This document shows, piece by piece, positions 1-11,145 of a DNA stretch of 64,000 nucleotides. The stretch covers positions 62,001-126,000 of the forward strand of contig NIVC01000423.1 in the NCBI GenBank assembly GCA_002269645.1, read 5' to 3'. Position 1 is the stretch's first letter. The number at the start of each line of letters is the position of its first letter. The translations under genes were made by a program, and so were the position numbers. The notes beneath the pieces were generated by a model. The model saw nothing but the letters and a program-made list of their open reading frames with translations. It was not told the origin of the DNA and did not search any database. The stretch is from Macrostomum lignano (Eukaryota).

Positions 1-3000
1 GCGGCGGCCAAATGCGGCAGGACCAAGCGAGGGCAGCGGAGCGCCCGTCGGCGTGTTGAGCGCCGGCGTGAGCGGAACCGACGAGGCCGGCTGCGTGGCG
101 CCGCCCGTCGAGCTGCCGCGCGGGTCCATTCAGATCCTCCGGGTGGCGCCGGGGACCGTGAGGCTCAACTGCATCGAGCCCCAGCCGTACCACAGGGCAT
201 GCTTCGGGTCGGGACGCTGAACTGCCGCACTCTCAAGGCTGCTTGGCGTAGAGGGGTGCTAGCGAAGCTGGCGTACGACCTGAGCTGCGACATCATCTCG
301 CTGCAGGAGGTGTCTATCAAGGCCGACCCGGGACTTCATTGTGAGGACTTGGGCGCCGGGTGGACCCTCTACTATACTTCTGCGGACCAGCGAGGCCGTG
401 GAGGAGTTGGAGCGCTGATCGGGCCGAGGCTGCAGCAGAGCTGTCGCTGCGTCTCCCTGTCCCCCGGTTGCTTCGGATCGACGTCCGGCTACGCGGTCGG
501 AATGCTCGCCTGTTCTGCGCGTACGCGCCCCCTGCCACACGCCCTGACGAGGCTCAAGAGTTTTTCGAGCAGCTCTCAGTGCAGGTAGAGGCGACGGCGC
601 AGCGTGACACAGCGGTCGCCCTCGGAGACCTGAACGCAGTCCTGCGTAGGTCCGAGAGGTCGCTGTTCGTGACGCCACGCGGGAACAACAACACCGAGGC
701 ACTGGAGGACTTCCTGGAGAGGCAGGACATGGTGTCGGCCAACACCCGCTTCCGCAAGCCACTGAGCGGTCTCGCAACCTTCGTGGGCTGCAAGCGGAGG
801 CGACGGAACGCGCGTGGCAGGAACGCAACCCGGAGACAAGCACAGCTCGACCACGTGCTCGTGCGTTTCCGTGAGCGTCGTCGCGCCGTCAACTGCCGCA
901 CCATCACGCCGCTGGCTCTGCGGTCCGATCACCGGCTCCTCATCTGCGACCTCAACCTTCGCGATCCGCTCTACCGTCCGCCGAAGCGGCCACCGCGGCG
1001 CTACTACGCGCGCTCAGAGCCACCGATACGCAGCGTCGCTTTGCTAGCGCCTTTAACACCGCGCTGGGCGACAAGCGTGGAAGTGCCGAGTATGCGGAAG
1101 TGTGCGCTGCAGTCAGAACCGCCGCGGAGCAAGCAGTCCCGATGATGCAGCCGGCTCAACGTGGGCAGCCGGTCTGGCAGGACGACCCGCGATTCAGGCA
1201 GCGAGGGAAGATCTGGAGAAGCTCCGCTTGAGCAGGCGACCAACCCGCGAGGCAGAGGCAGCTCTGGCAGCTGTCTACCTGCAGCGCCAACAAGCGGCTG
1301 TCGATGACGCCATTCAGGCTGTCTCTGCCGCTGGGCCCGATGCCAGAGGGCGCGTGGCCTGGTCCGCCATCAACGCTCTGACGGGACGAAAGCGGCGCAA
1401 TCCGCTGAACCTGGCTGGTGACACGCCGGACGAGCGTAGGAACGAGCTGCGCGAGTTCTTCGCCGCCATCGTCAACGCGCCGCCACCCCCGCTGCCAGAC
1501 AGTCTGACGCTGCCGCCGGAGACGCCGCTGCCGGCAGAGGAGAGTTTCAGCGTAGCCCCAGTCAACGCAGCCGACGTTGTCAAGCTCGCCCAGCAGTCAC
1601 CGGGCGGGAAAGCGCTGGGTCCGGACGAGGTGCCCATCGAGGCGCTGCGCATCCCCTGTGTGGCCGCTGAGGTCGCCAGAGTGATGAACCGCGTGCTCTT
1701 CGGTGAGGCGGCGCCCAACGAATGGACCACGGCGCACATCGTCGCTGTTCCAAAGAAGCCGGGCACCACTAGGCTTGAAGACCATCGAGGCATCTGCCTT
1801 CAGTCCTGTGCAGCGAAGCTGTTCAACCGGATGCTGCTTTCGCGGTTGCAGCCCGTGCTGGATCCGTACCTGCGCCCAGAGCAGAACGGGTTCCGGCCCC
1901 ATCGCGGCACAGTGGCGCAGATCCTGGCTCTTCGCCGAGTCATCGAGGAGGCGCGGATTCGTCAGTCGATCCTGATTTTAATCTTTATTGATTTCAAGAA
2001 GGCATTCGACTCGGTTGTCAGAGCCGTGCTTCCAATGGTGCTCCGCGCGTACAACGTGCCTGAGCAGCTGATCTCCGCCGTCATGGCGATGTACCGTGAT
2101 ACGACAGCTGCTGTGACAACACCGGACGGCCTATCGGACTCCTTTGAGACATCCTCCGGAGTGCTTCAGGGAGATACGCTGGCGCCGTTTCTGTTCGTCC
2201 TGGTGCTTGACTGGGTGCTGCGGACTGCTCTTCCTACCGACGACGACGGTTTTCTGCTGCAGCGACGCGTGGGTCGACGTCAACCGGAGAAGCGGCTCAG
2301 CGTGCTTGGCTACGCCGACGACCTCGCCCTGCTGTCCTCGACCGTCGAGGGCGCCCAACGGCAGCTGGACAGGCTGGTTGCCGTTGCGGCGAGTGTCGGC
2401 CTGGTGGTCAACACGCAGAAGACCGTTGTGCTCTGCGTGCCGGACGACATCGAGGCTGCAATATTTTGCCGAGGCGCTGACGGGCAGGCGACCGAACTCC
2501 CGCGATGTCAGCAGTTCGTCTACCTCGGCGGTCTGGTTCCAGACGCTCGCGAGGACCTGCGACGCCGCCGCGGGCTTGCCTGGGCTGCCTTTCGTTCTGT
2601 GAGGGCAGTCCTGCAGTCCGAGGCCCTACCGGACCGCCAGAGGGCGGCGCTGTTCCAGGCGGTAATCGAGACCGTCCTGCTGTACAACGCCGAGACCTGG
2701 ACGCTGACGGACTCACTCGAACAGCAAGTCGATGCGGCGCACGCTGGTCTGCTGCGCGCCGCCTTCAACATCGGCGTCGAGCGAGTCACCAACGCGGCAC
2801 TCTATCGCCGCGCTGGCCTGCCACGTCCAAGTGATCTACTGCGCCGTCGGCGACTCCAGCTCGCAGGCCATCTCATCCGCGCCGAGTCGTACTGCCCACA
2901 GCCGGTGCAGGAGGTGCTGCTGCTCACGCTGCAGGCACCCTACCGGCGAGGTCAAGCGCGAACTCGGCGTTATGTCGACTGTCTGCTGGCTGACGCCGGC

Positions 3001-3110
3001 GCCCCGGACACTGCCGGTGGCGCGGCCTTTGTTCGCGCCCAAGCCATGAAGCGCGCCCTGTGACGCTGACTTTTACCATCATGACAGCGTATTTTGTTGT
3101 TGTTGTTGTT
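1..3110 (+). mobile_element. Non-LTR retrotransposon (LINE, RTE-clade-like): APE endonuclease + reverse transcriptase, 5' end outside window
   Basis: APE motifs VGTLNCRTL, ISLQEV, LGDLNA, LDHVLV, SDHRLL (199-960); RT motifs EQNGFRP, FIDFKKAFDSV, GVLQGDTLAPFLF, YADD, YLGG and RTE-type DLRRRRGLAWAAF; stop at 3061-3063, ~30 bp 3'UTR, then a (GTT)5 tail at ~3095-3110; no RNase H or zinc finger seen. Confidence 0.93.
199..3063 (+). pseudogene. LINE pol ORF (endonuclease+RT) broken by three -1 frameshifts (~463, ~1010, ~1187)
   Basis: ORFs 199..588, 360..1145 and 1102..3063 join through an unlisted middle frame (LRATDTQRRFASAFNTALGDKRG...VWQDDP) if one base is restored at each site; the frame is also open from 1 to 198. 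Confidence 0.85.
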
Positions 3111-3220
3111 ATCAAGTTTTTTAGAAATTGTATATTTCAGGAAAATTCGACTTTTAATTACTACCATAGCCTCTTTACGACTAGGAAAATATGCATGGTA
3201 CATTCTATTGTATTTTTTTA

Positions 3221-3450
3221 CATTCTGTTACAGCCTGTTGCACATGCTGTCACAGCCTGTTGCACATTTTGTTACAGCCTGTTGCACATTCTGTTACAGC
3301 CTGTTGCACATTCTATTACAGCCTGTTGCACATTCTGTTACAGCCTGTTGCACATTCTGTTACAGCCTGTTGCACATTTTGTTACAGCCTGTTGCACATT
3401 TTGTTACAGCCTGTTGCACATTCTGTTACAGCCTGTTGCACATTCTGTTA
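3221..3450. repeat. 22-bp minisatellite (CATTCTGTTACAGCCTGTTGCA), ~10 copies
   Basis: Direct periodicity. Confidence 0.95.
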
Positions 3451-3758
3451 CTGTTGCTGTCTAAATACAGGCGAGTTAAAATTCCAACCGTAAATAAAAA
3501 TGGCTATAATTAGGATAAACAACAGCAACCAAAAGAAAATAATGGCTCAACCAAGAGGCCATAAGCGAGACTAACTAACTAGAATTGCACTGAAACAGCC
3601 GCTAGCATTCTAGAGCTTTGTTACAAATAGAAATATCCTTCTGCCCTCGTTTGATTCATAGAAAATTGGTGTGCCTTTGCTAAAATCTCTAGTGTTAAGT
3701 AAGACAGAAAAAATTCAAGCGCAATTTAAATCTAAAAAGCCCTCATCTGACTGTTTAC

Positions 3759-3851
3759 CGATAGACTGCCAAGTCAATTTCGTTAGCCAGTTTAGCCTGC
3801 TGCACTGGGCTCATGTTATACAGCGACAGCGACTTCAGCATCGGCCTTCGG
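3759..3851 (-). CDS. EML: EML/EMAP-like gene, putative coding exon 3 (GRRPMLKSLSLYNMSPVQQAKLANEIDLAVYR)
   Basis: Acceptor CTTCAG, donor GTAAAC; 93 nt phase 2/2, open and in frame with the exon at 4504-4774; assigned by phase continuity, not homology. Confidence 0.55.
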
Positions 3852-4029
3852 CTGAAGTTTATTTTATTTTATTTTGAGCAACAAAATCAAATCCTTAATA
3901 CAACAGATAAAAAATGACAAAATGGAAAGAAAAGAATGATTGGAAAACATCAACCAAGGTCGGATTGCATCAGTCGCTCATAAGCGGAATCCAAAGTTTT
4001 GAGTGACAGTAATAAGTCTCGCTAAAGGT

Positions 4030-4410
4030 CGCATCCAAGGGGAATTCGAAAACTACACTATTATCGATTTATTTCCAAGGTCAAATCTAATGGGAATCCC
4101 AAACTGCTATATCGATTACCCTCTGAGTTCAAATCTTCAAGGAGAATCAAGGAGAATCCCAAACTGCCATTAAATAACTTGAACAAGGTCATATCTAAAG
4201 GGGAATCCCAAACTGCTGATTTTAATTACTCACAAGATCGCATTTGAAGGAAATTCTAAACTACTAATAGTGACTAATTCATAAGTTCATTTTTAGCGGT
4301 CGTAGTTTTTGGGGAATTCCAACTAAGGGACTAAGCCACAAGGTCAAATCTACGGGGAATCCCAAACTGCGCTAAATATTGAATCATTCCCAAGGTCAAA
4401 TTTAAGCTGC
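4030..4410. repeat. Degenerate ~55-65 bp tandem repeat (GGGAATCCCAAACTG...CAAGGTCAAATCTA)
   Basis: Recurring motifs about every 60 bp. Confidence 0.7.
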
Positions 4411-4503
4411 ATTGCAAATTTCAAAGTACATCCTAGACCAGGGGAGGGAGCCAATTGAAACGAAAATCAAGATTTTTCGAATACAGATGTACCTATCACT
4501 CAC

Positions 4504-4774
4504 CCGGCACTCTGAGACACAGAAACATGCAGCGGCTGCTCCTTAGCCGACTGTCGGCTTGCCGGATGCTTGGCGGGAGGCGGTCCGTAGGACACCGTAT
4601 GGCCGCCTCCGCCGCTGCCCGTGGTACGCCGACCGGCAGCGGATGCGCGCGTGGCGCCGCCGCCCGCAGCCGTGGCCGCTGGTGCCGATTTCTTTGAAAA
4701 CGATGGGCCACCAGACGGCGCCACCGAAGGCGACTTGGCGGACGCGAAGTTTGGAGAAGCCTGACTCTGCAGGG
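4504..4774 (-). CDS. EML: EML/EMAP-like gene, putative coding exon 2 (Ser/Pro/Ala/Gly/basic linker)
   Basis: GC-rich island in AT-rich intron; acceptor GGCGCAG after a C-rich tract, donor GTGAGT; 271 nt phase 1/2 matches exon 1; LQSQASPNFASAKSPSVAPSGG... fits the low-complexity linker after the EML coiled coil. Confidence 0.6.
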
Positions 4775-4821
4775 CTGCGCCAGACGGAATCGGGGGGGGA
4801 GGGGGGGTTGATAAGAGAATC

Positions 4822-4952
4822 CGAATGTACATTGGCTTGGATAGACTGCGGGAATCCTTTTAATGTACATTGGCTTAGGATAGACTAGGGGAATTCTTTT
4901 AATGTACATTGGCTTAGGATAGACTGGGTGCATCCTCTTAATGTACATTGGC
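4822..4952. repeat. 39-bp tandem repeat (AATGTACATTGGCTTAGGATAGACT...), ~3.5 copies
   Basis: Direct periodicity. Confidence 0.85.
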
Positions 4953-6019
4953 TAACTGGCTTAAGTTACGATAGGCATTACTAATAAATAAAAATCATGC
5001 AGTAATTACAACACGAAAAAACTGAAAGAAACACTTGTAGTTAATTTCTAAGGAAATTGGCTAATAGGTAATAGGTTCAAATTTTCACTGGCTGATAAGC
5101 TTAAAGCTATGCTATTTTTAGAATCAACCCACCCCACGACTGAGAGCGACCTTGAGAATCACCCGGCAAGTTTCTCCTGCATCTCTATTGGCTGCCAGTA
5201 GTCACGTGACAGCTGTTTCGTCCAATAGCGACACACCTATGCATTTGCACCTATGAAAGCACGTGACTGACTAACTCACTACAGCAAATAACAAATTATA
5301 AATGCTACGTCCATCTACTTGTAGTAGCATTGCTAGAAACAAGCTTTAACACAGTACAAGTTATTCATTTCTAGTGAAGTTATTTAGTAAAAATATTGTA
5401 ACAGGATTTAGTGCAACATGAAACAACAGCAATCAGGTTAGCAGGCTCAAGCGAATTTGTATAGTGAGATAAAATTACAACTTCACGTACCAATAGCCAG
5501 TCTGTTTTAATATTTGACGAGTCAATAACAACGGCATCCATTTTTGGGGTTCTATCAGATAGCAAAATCAAGGCATAAAAATTTATAATAGGTGCATTTT
5601 TAACCACTTTCAGAAGCATAAATCACCTTGCAGACACACCAAATGCATTTTGTTTTAAAACCGGTATTATTACAATGACATATTTGACACCTTGAGAACA
5701 GGTAAATTCCGGCGTGCAAATTTACGGATCCGATTTTAATAGTATACTACTGACAATGATATGGGATTTTCGTGTAACTAGGGAGGAAACTCGCTTTTTT
5801 AGCACGCTGATGCTAAATTAGAGAGTTAAATGGGAACACCTGGAATTGTTTAGCGAGAGTGGAATCTTACAGCAATGACTAAGTTACTGCAGCAGTTGAT
5901 GTAGAAATGCTGCAATTTTGAATTTTGCACATGCAGTTTTCATCGATAGTGCGTGTGGTGTGTCTAAACAGCATGGAGTAGTCAATGCTTAGACTCATAA
6001 GCACGCATGGTTATTCTTC

Positions 6020-6660
6020 CACTATCTTCTCTCATATCTCCCTCTCATATCTCTCTTCTCTCTCCCTCTCATATCTCTCTTCTCTCTCCCTCTCATATCT
6101 CTCTTCTCTCTCCCTCTCATATCTCTCTTCTCTCTCCCTCTCATATATCTCTTCTCTCTCCCTCTCATATCTCTCTTCTCTCTCCCTCTCATATCTCTCT
6201 TCTTCTCATTACCTCTCCCTCTCATCACCTCTCCCTCTCATCATATGTCCCTCTCATCTCTCTCACTCCCATATCTCTCCCTCTCATCTCTCTCCCTCCC
6301 ATATCTCTCCCTCTCATCTCTCTCACTCCCATATCTCTCCCTCTCATCTCTCTCCCTCCCATATCTCTCCCTCTCATCTCTCTCCCTCCTATATCTTTCC
6401 CTCCCATCTCTCTCCTCATCTCTCTGCCTCTCATCTCTCTCCCTTCCATCTCTCTTCCTCCCATCTCTCTGCCTCTCATCTCTCTCCCTCCCATCTCTCT
6501 TCCTCCCATCTCTCTGCCTCTCATCTCTCTTCCTCCCATCTCTCTCTCTCATTTCTCTTCCTCCCATCTCTCTTGTCTTCTCGATGTCCTCTTTCTTCTT
6601 CCAATCTCTCTGTCTCTCATATAATTTATTCAAATCTCTCTTCCTCTCATCTCCCTTCCT
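6020..6660. repeat. CT-rich degenerate minisatellite in EML intron 1
   Basis: CTCTCTCCCTCTCAT-type units. Confidence 0.9.
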
Positions 6661-6751
6661 CTATGCGAGCTAAAACTGACAAAAATGAAAATCAAGAATC
6701 TCACAATGGAGTGAATAAGGCTCAACACTGCCTGATTCAAACTCAACTCAC

Positions 6752-7028
6752 CCATCAGCTCAGTAGAGCAATGCGATGCGTGCATCACAGCCCCGTGATA
6801 ATTATGAACTGGCACATGGTAGTGCGGCCCACCTCTGCTCGACTCCAGGGTGGCCAGGCGGCGCAGACAGTCGGAAAGAGACGATTTCAGACAGGTGAGC
6901 TCGTCTGATTGAGCTTGAACTCGGTGCTCAAGGTCCGCCACGCGATCCCTGAGTTCGCTGTTCTCCTGAGTGAGCAGACCGTCTAAAATAGGCCATTGAA
7001 GTTTGTTGAAGTTTGTGTCTCCGTTCAT
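6752..7028 (-). CDS. EML: Echinoderm microtubule-associated protein-like (EML/EMAP), first coding exon with trimerisation coiled coil
   Basis: MNGDTNF...ELRDRVADLEHRVQAQSDELTCLKSSLSDCLRRLATLES matches the EML1-4 N-terminal trimerisation domain (cf. DRLSALESRVQQQEDEITVLKAALADVLRRL); ATG at 7028, GTGAGT donor at 6751. Confidence 0.85.
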
Positions 7029-7029
7029 G

Positions 7030-8663
7030 TTCTCTCCTAGTCTCTCTCTCTCCACTCTCTCCTAGTCTCTCTCTCCGCTCTCTCCTAGTCTCTCTCTCCG
7101 CTCTCTCCTAGTCTCTCTCTCCGCTCTCTCCTACTCTCTCTCTTCGCTCTCTCCTAGTCTCTCTCCGCTCTCTCCTAGTCTCTCTCTCCGCTCTCTCCTA
7201 GTCTCTCTCTTCGCTCTCTCCTAGTCTCTCTCTCCGCTCTCTCCTAGCCTCTCTCTCCGCTCTCTCCTAGCCTCTCTCTTCGCTCTCTCCTAGTCTCTCT
7301 CCGCTCTCTCCTAGTCTCTCTCCGCTCTCTCCTAGTCTCTCTCTCCGCTCTCTCCTAGTCTCTCTCTCCGCTCTCTCCTAGTCTCTCTCTCCGCTCTCTC
7401 CTAGTCTCTCTCTCCGCTCTCTCCTAGTCTCTCTCTCCGCTCTCTCCTAGTCTCTCTCTCCGCTCTCTCCTAGTCTCTCCCCGCTCTCTCCTAGTCTCTC
7501 TCTCCGCTCTCTCCTAGTCTCTCTCTTCGCTCTCTCCTAGTCTCTCTCTCCGCTCTCTCCTAGTCCCTCTCTCCGCTCTCTCCTAGCCTCTCTCTCCGCT
7601 CTCTCCTAGTCTCTCTCTTCGCTCTCTCCTAGTCTCTCTCCGCTCTCTCCTAGCCTCTCTCCGCTCTCTCCTAGTCTCTCTCTCCGCTCTCTCCTAGTCT
7701 CTCTCTCCGCTCTCTCCTAGTCTCTCTCCGCTCTCTCCTAGCCTCTCTCCGCTCTCTCCTAGTCTCTCTCTTCGCTCTCTCCTAGTCTCTCTCTCCGCTC
7801 TCTCCTAGTCCCTCTCTCCGCTCTCTCCTAGTCCCTCTCTCCGCTCTCTCCTAGTCTCTCTCCGCTCTCTCCTAGTCTCCTCTCCGCTCACTCCTAGCCT
7901 CTCTCTCCGCTCTCTCCTAGTCTCTCTCTCCGCTCTCTCCTAGTCTCTCTCTCCGCTCTCTCCTAGTCTCTCTCTCCGCTCTCTCCTAGTCTCTCTCTCC
8001 GCTCTCTCCTAGTCTCTCTCCGCTCTCTCCTAGTCTCTCTCCGCTCTCTCCTAGTCTCTCTCTCCGCTCTCTCCTAGTCTCTCTCTCCGCTCTCTCCTAG
8101 TCTCTCTCTCCGCTCTCTCCTAGCCTCTCTCCGCTCTCTCCTAGCCTCTCTCTCCGCTCTCTCCTAGTCTCTCTCTTCGCTCTCTCCTAGTCTCTCTCCG
8201 CTCTCTCCTAGTCTCTCTCTCCGCTCTCTCCTAGTCTCTCTCCGCTCTCTCCTAGTCTCTCTCCGCTCTCTCCTAGTCTCTCTCTCCGCTCTCTCCTAGT
8301 CTCTCTCTCCGCTCTCTCCTAGTCTCTCTCTCCGCTCTCTCCTAGTCTCTCTCTCCGCTCTCTCCTAGTCTCTCTCTCCGCTCTCTCCTAGCCTCTCTCC
8401 GCTCTCTCCTAGCCTCTCTCTCCGCTCTCTCCTAGTCTCTCTCTTCGCTCTCTCCTAGTCTCTCTCCGCTCTCTCCTAGTCTCTCTCTCCGCTCTCTCCT
8501 AGTCTCTCTCCGCTCTCTCCTAGTCTCTCTCCGCTCTCTCCTAGTCTCTCTCTCCGCTCTCTCCTAGTCTCTCTCTCCGCTCTCTCCTAGTCTCTCTCTC
8601 CGCTCTCTCCTAGTCTCTCTCTCCGCTCTCTCCTAGCCTCTCTCCGCTCTCTCCTAGCCTCTC
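7030..8663. repeat. 21-25 bp minisatellite (GCTCTCTCCTAGTCTCTCTCTCC), ~70 copies
   Basis: Direct periodicity; abuts EML ATG. Confidence 0.97.
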
Positions 8664-9106
8664 CCAACCACTAGCCTGCGCCGATAGTAGCCTACTAAAA
8701 ATGGCTAAATTTGATGTTAGCACGCTATTATCATGCATTACTCGTATTTTCTCCGTTCAATCGAAAAAACCGGAATGCTTTTTCATAAAGAAGCATTCTC
8801 AGTATTTGTACGAGAGAAATATGATTATATTTCAACAGAAGAATTTTGTTTTTAAAAAAGAGAGAAATCGTGCACCATTTTTTCGAGTTGTAAGCAAGTT
8901 ACTTGAACGCCTACCGAGCCTTGAAAACGACAACGTAATTTTACCTAATTAACCTATACTATTATTAATTATTTTTAAGGCTCATAATTACGGAGTTTCG
9001 AAATCTGCGGCTGGAAATAAAAATAGAAAATGCCTAGAAAGAATTTTTATAAATTTCACCTCAAATTGGGTTAAATTTTGAGATTTCTGAAAATCGAGCT
9101 TTTAAA

Positions 9107-10630
9107 TTTCGAGTTCATGAAATTTCGAGTTTATGAAATTTCGAGTTCATGAAATTTCGAGTTCATGAAATTTCGAGTTTATGAAATTTCGAGTTCATGT
9201 AATTTCGAGTTCATGAAATTTCGAGTTTATGAAATTTCGAGTTCATGAAATTTCGAGTTCATGAAATTTCGAGTTCATGAAATTTCGAGTTCATGTAATT
9301 TCGAGTTCATGAAATTTCGAGTTTATGAAATTTCGAGTTTATGAAATTTCGAGTTTATGAAATTTCGAGTTCATGAAATTTCGAGTTCATGAAATTTCGA
9401 GTTCATGAAATTTCGAGTTCATGAAATTTCGAGTTCATGAAATTTCGAGTTCATGAAATTTCGAGTTCATGAAATTTCGAGTTCATGAAATTTCGAGTTC
9501 ATGTAATTTCGAGTTCATGAAATTTCGAGTTTATGAAATTTCGAGTTTATGAAATTTCGAGTTTATGAAATTTCGAGTTTATGAAATTTCGAGTTCATGA
9601 AATTTCGAGTTCATGAAATTTCGAGTTCATGAAATTTCGAGTTCATGAAATTTCGAGTTCATGAAATTTCGAGTTCATGAAATTTCGAGTTCATGAAATT
9701 TCGAGTTCATGAAATTTCGAGTTCATGTAATTTCGAGTTCATGAAATTTCGAGTTCATGAAATTTCGAGTTCATGAAATTTCGAGTTCATGAAATTTCGA
9801 GTTCATGAAATTTCGAGTTCATGAAATTTCGAGTTCATGAAATTTCGAGTTCATGAAATTTCGAGTTCATGAAATTTCGAGTTCATGTAATTTCGAGTTC
9901 ATGAAATTTCGAGTTTATGAAATTTCGAGTTTATGAAATTTCGAGTTTATGAAATTTCGAGTTCATGTAATTTCGAGTTCATGAAATTTCGAGTTCATGA
10001 AATTTCGAGTTCATGAAATTTCGAGTTCATGAAATTTCGAGTTCATGAAATTTCGAGTTCATGAAATTTCGAGTTCATGAAATTTCGAGTTCATGAAATT
10101 TCGAGTTCATGAAATTTCGAGTTCATGTAATTTCGAGTTCATGAAATTTCGAGTTTATGAAATTTCGAGTTTATGAAATTTCGAGTTTATGAAATTTCGA
10201 GTTCATGTAATTTCGAGTTCATGAAATTTCGAGTTCATGAAATTTCGAGTTCATGAAATTTCGAGTTTATGAAATTTCAAGTTCATGAAATTTCGAGTTC
10301 ATGAAATTTCGAGTTCATGAAATTTCGAGCTTATGAAATTTCGAGTTCATGAAATTTCGAGTTCATGAAATTTCGAGTTCATGAAATTTCGAGTTCATGT
10401 AATTTCGAGTTCATGAAATTTCGAGTTTATGAAATTTCGAGTTTATGAAATTTCGAGTTTATGAAATTTCGAGTTCATGTAATTTCGAGTTCATGAAATT
10501 TCGAGTTTATGAAATTTCGAGTTCATGAAATCTCGAGTCCATGAAATTTCGAGTCCATGAAATTTCGAGCTTATGAAATTTCGAGTTCATGTAATTTCGA
10601 GTTCATGAAATTTCGAGTTCATGAAATTTC
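9107..10630. repeat. 16-bp satellite (GTTCATGAAATTTCGA), ~95 copies; unit contains nTTCnnGAAnnTTCn
   Basis: Direct periodicity. Confidence 0.97.
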
Positions 10631-11145
10631 TGGCCTATGAAAGCGACCCTCTCTATCTATCTAAAAATAAAATGATTTCAAACATGAAATATTACCAAGC
10701 GATGCAGAATGCTGATAAGCGGACACAGCTGGCATTTTTGTCGGCTTGAATCCTGATCAGAAATCTGATGCCAATTGTGCTATCACCTATGATTTACAAA
10801 GTTGGCACAGTTCAGTAAGCAGTTTACACACGCCGAAATCTACTTAGCCTTCCCTTGAAATTTCTCCTGCTTTATATTGTCAGGCGGAAAGCGCGGGGAC
10901 AGACACGGGCGGGCTGCACAATATTTTGTGCACAATCGCTTACTCAGGAACTGCTCAAAAAGGAGAACAGAGAAAGGGATTAAAAGGAATTGGCGGCTGA
11001 CTCAGCTCAGGGGTTTAGTACAGACTGTGAGAGCCAAGGAGTTCTGAAACTCAGAACTTGGGAATCAATCGACGCATTGGTGTTTTCTTCTATTGGCCAA
11101 AAATTTCGTTTAAATATTAAATTTACTGCATTTTCGCAGCACTTT

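Noticed and set aside
259-3115. Alternative-frame and antisense ORFs within the LINE
   Set aside because: Shadow ORFs of GC-rich coding sequence, no motifs
3600-3679. Possible EML exon 4 (RKGTPIFYESNEGRRIFLF) after a 79-nt intron
   Set aside because: Phase-compatible acceptor, but no convincing donor before the stop and only vague similarity to the pre-HELP region
5985-6673. Long low-complexity ORFs (also 10990-12282, 23326-24570, 25273-26032, 36068-37516, 43005-43591, 54584-55510, 56690-57944, 62387-62946)
   Set aside because: All coincide with tandem arrays and are by-products of stop-free units
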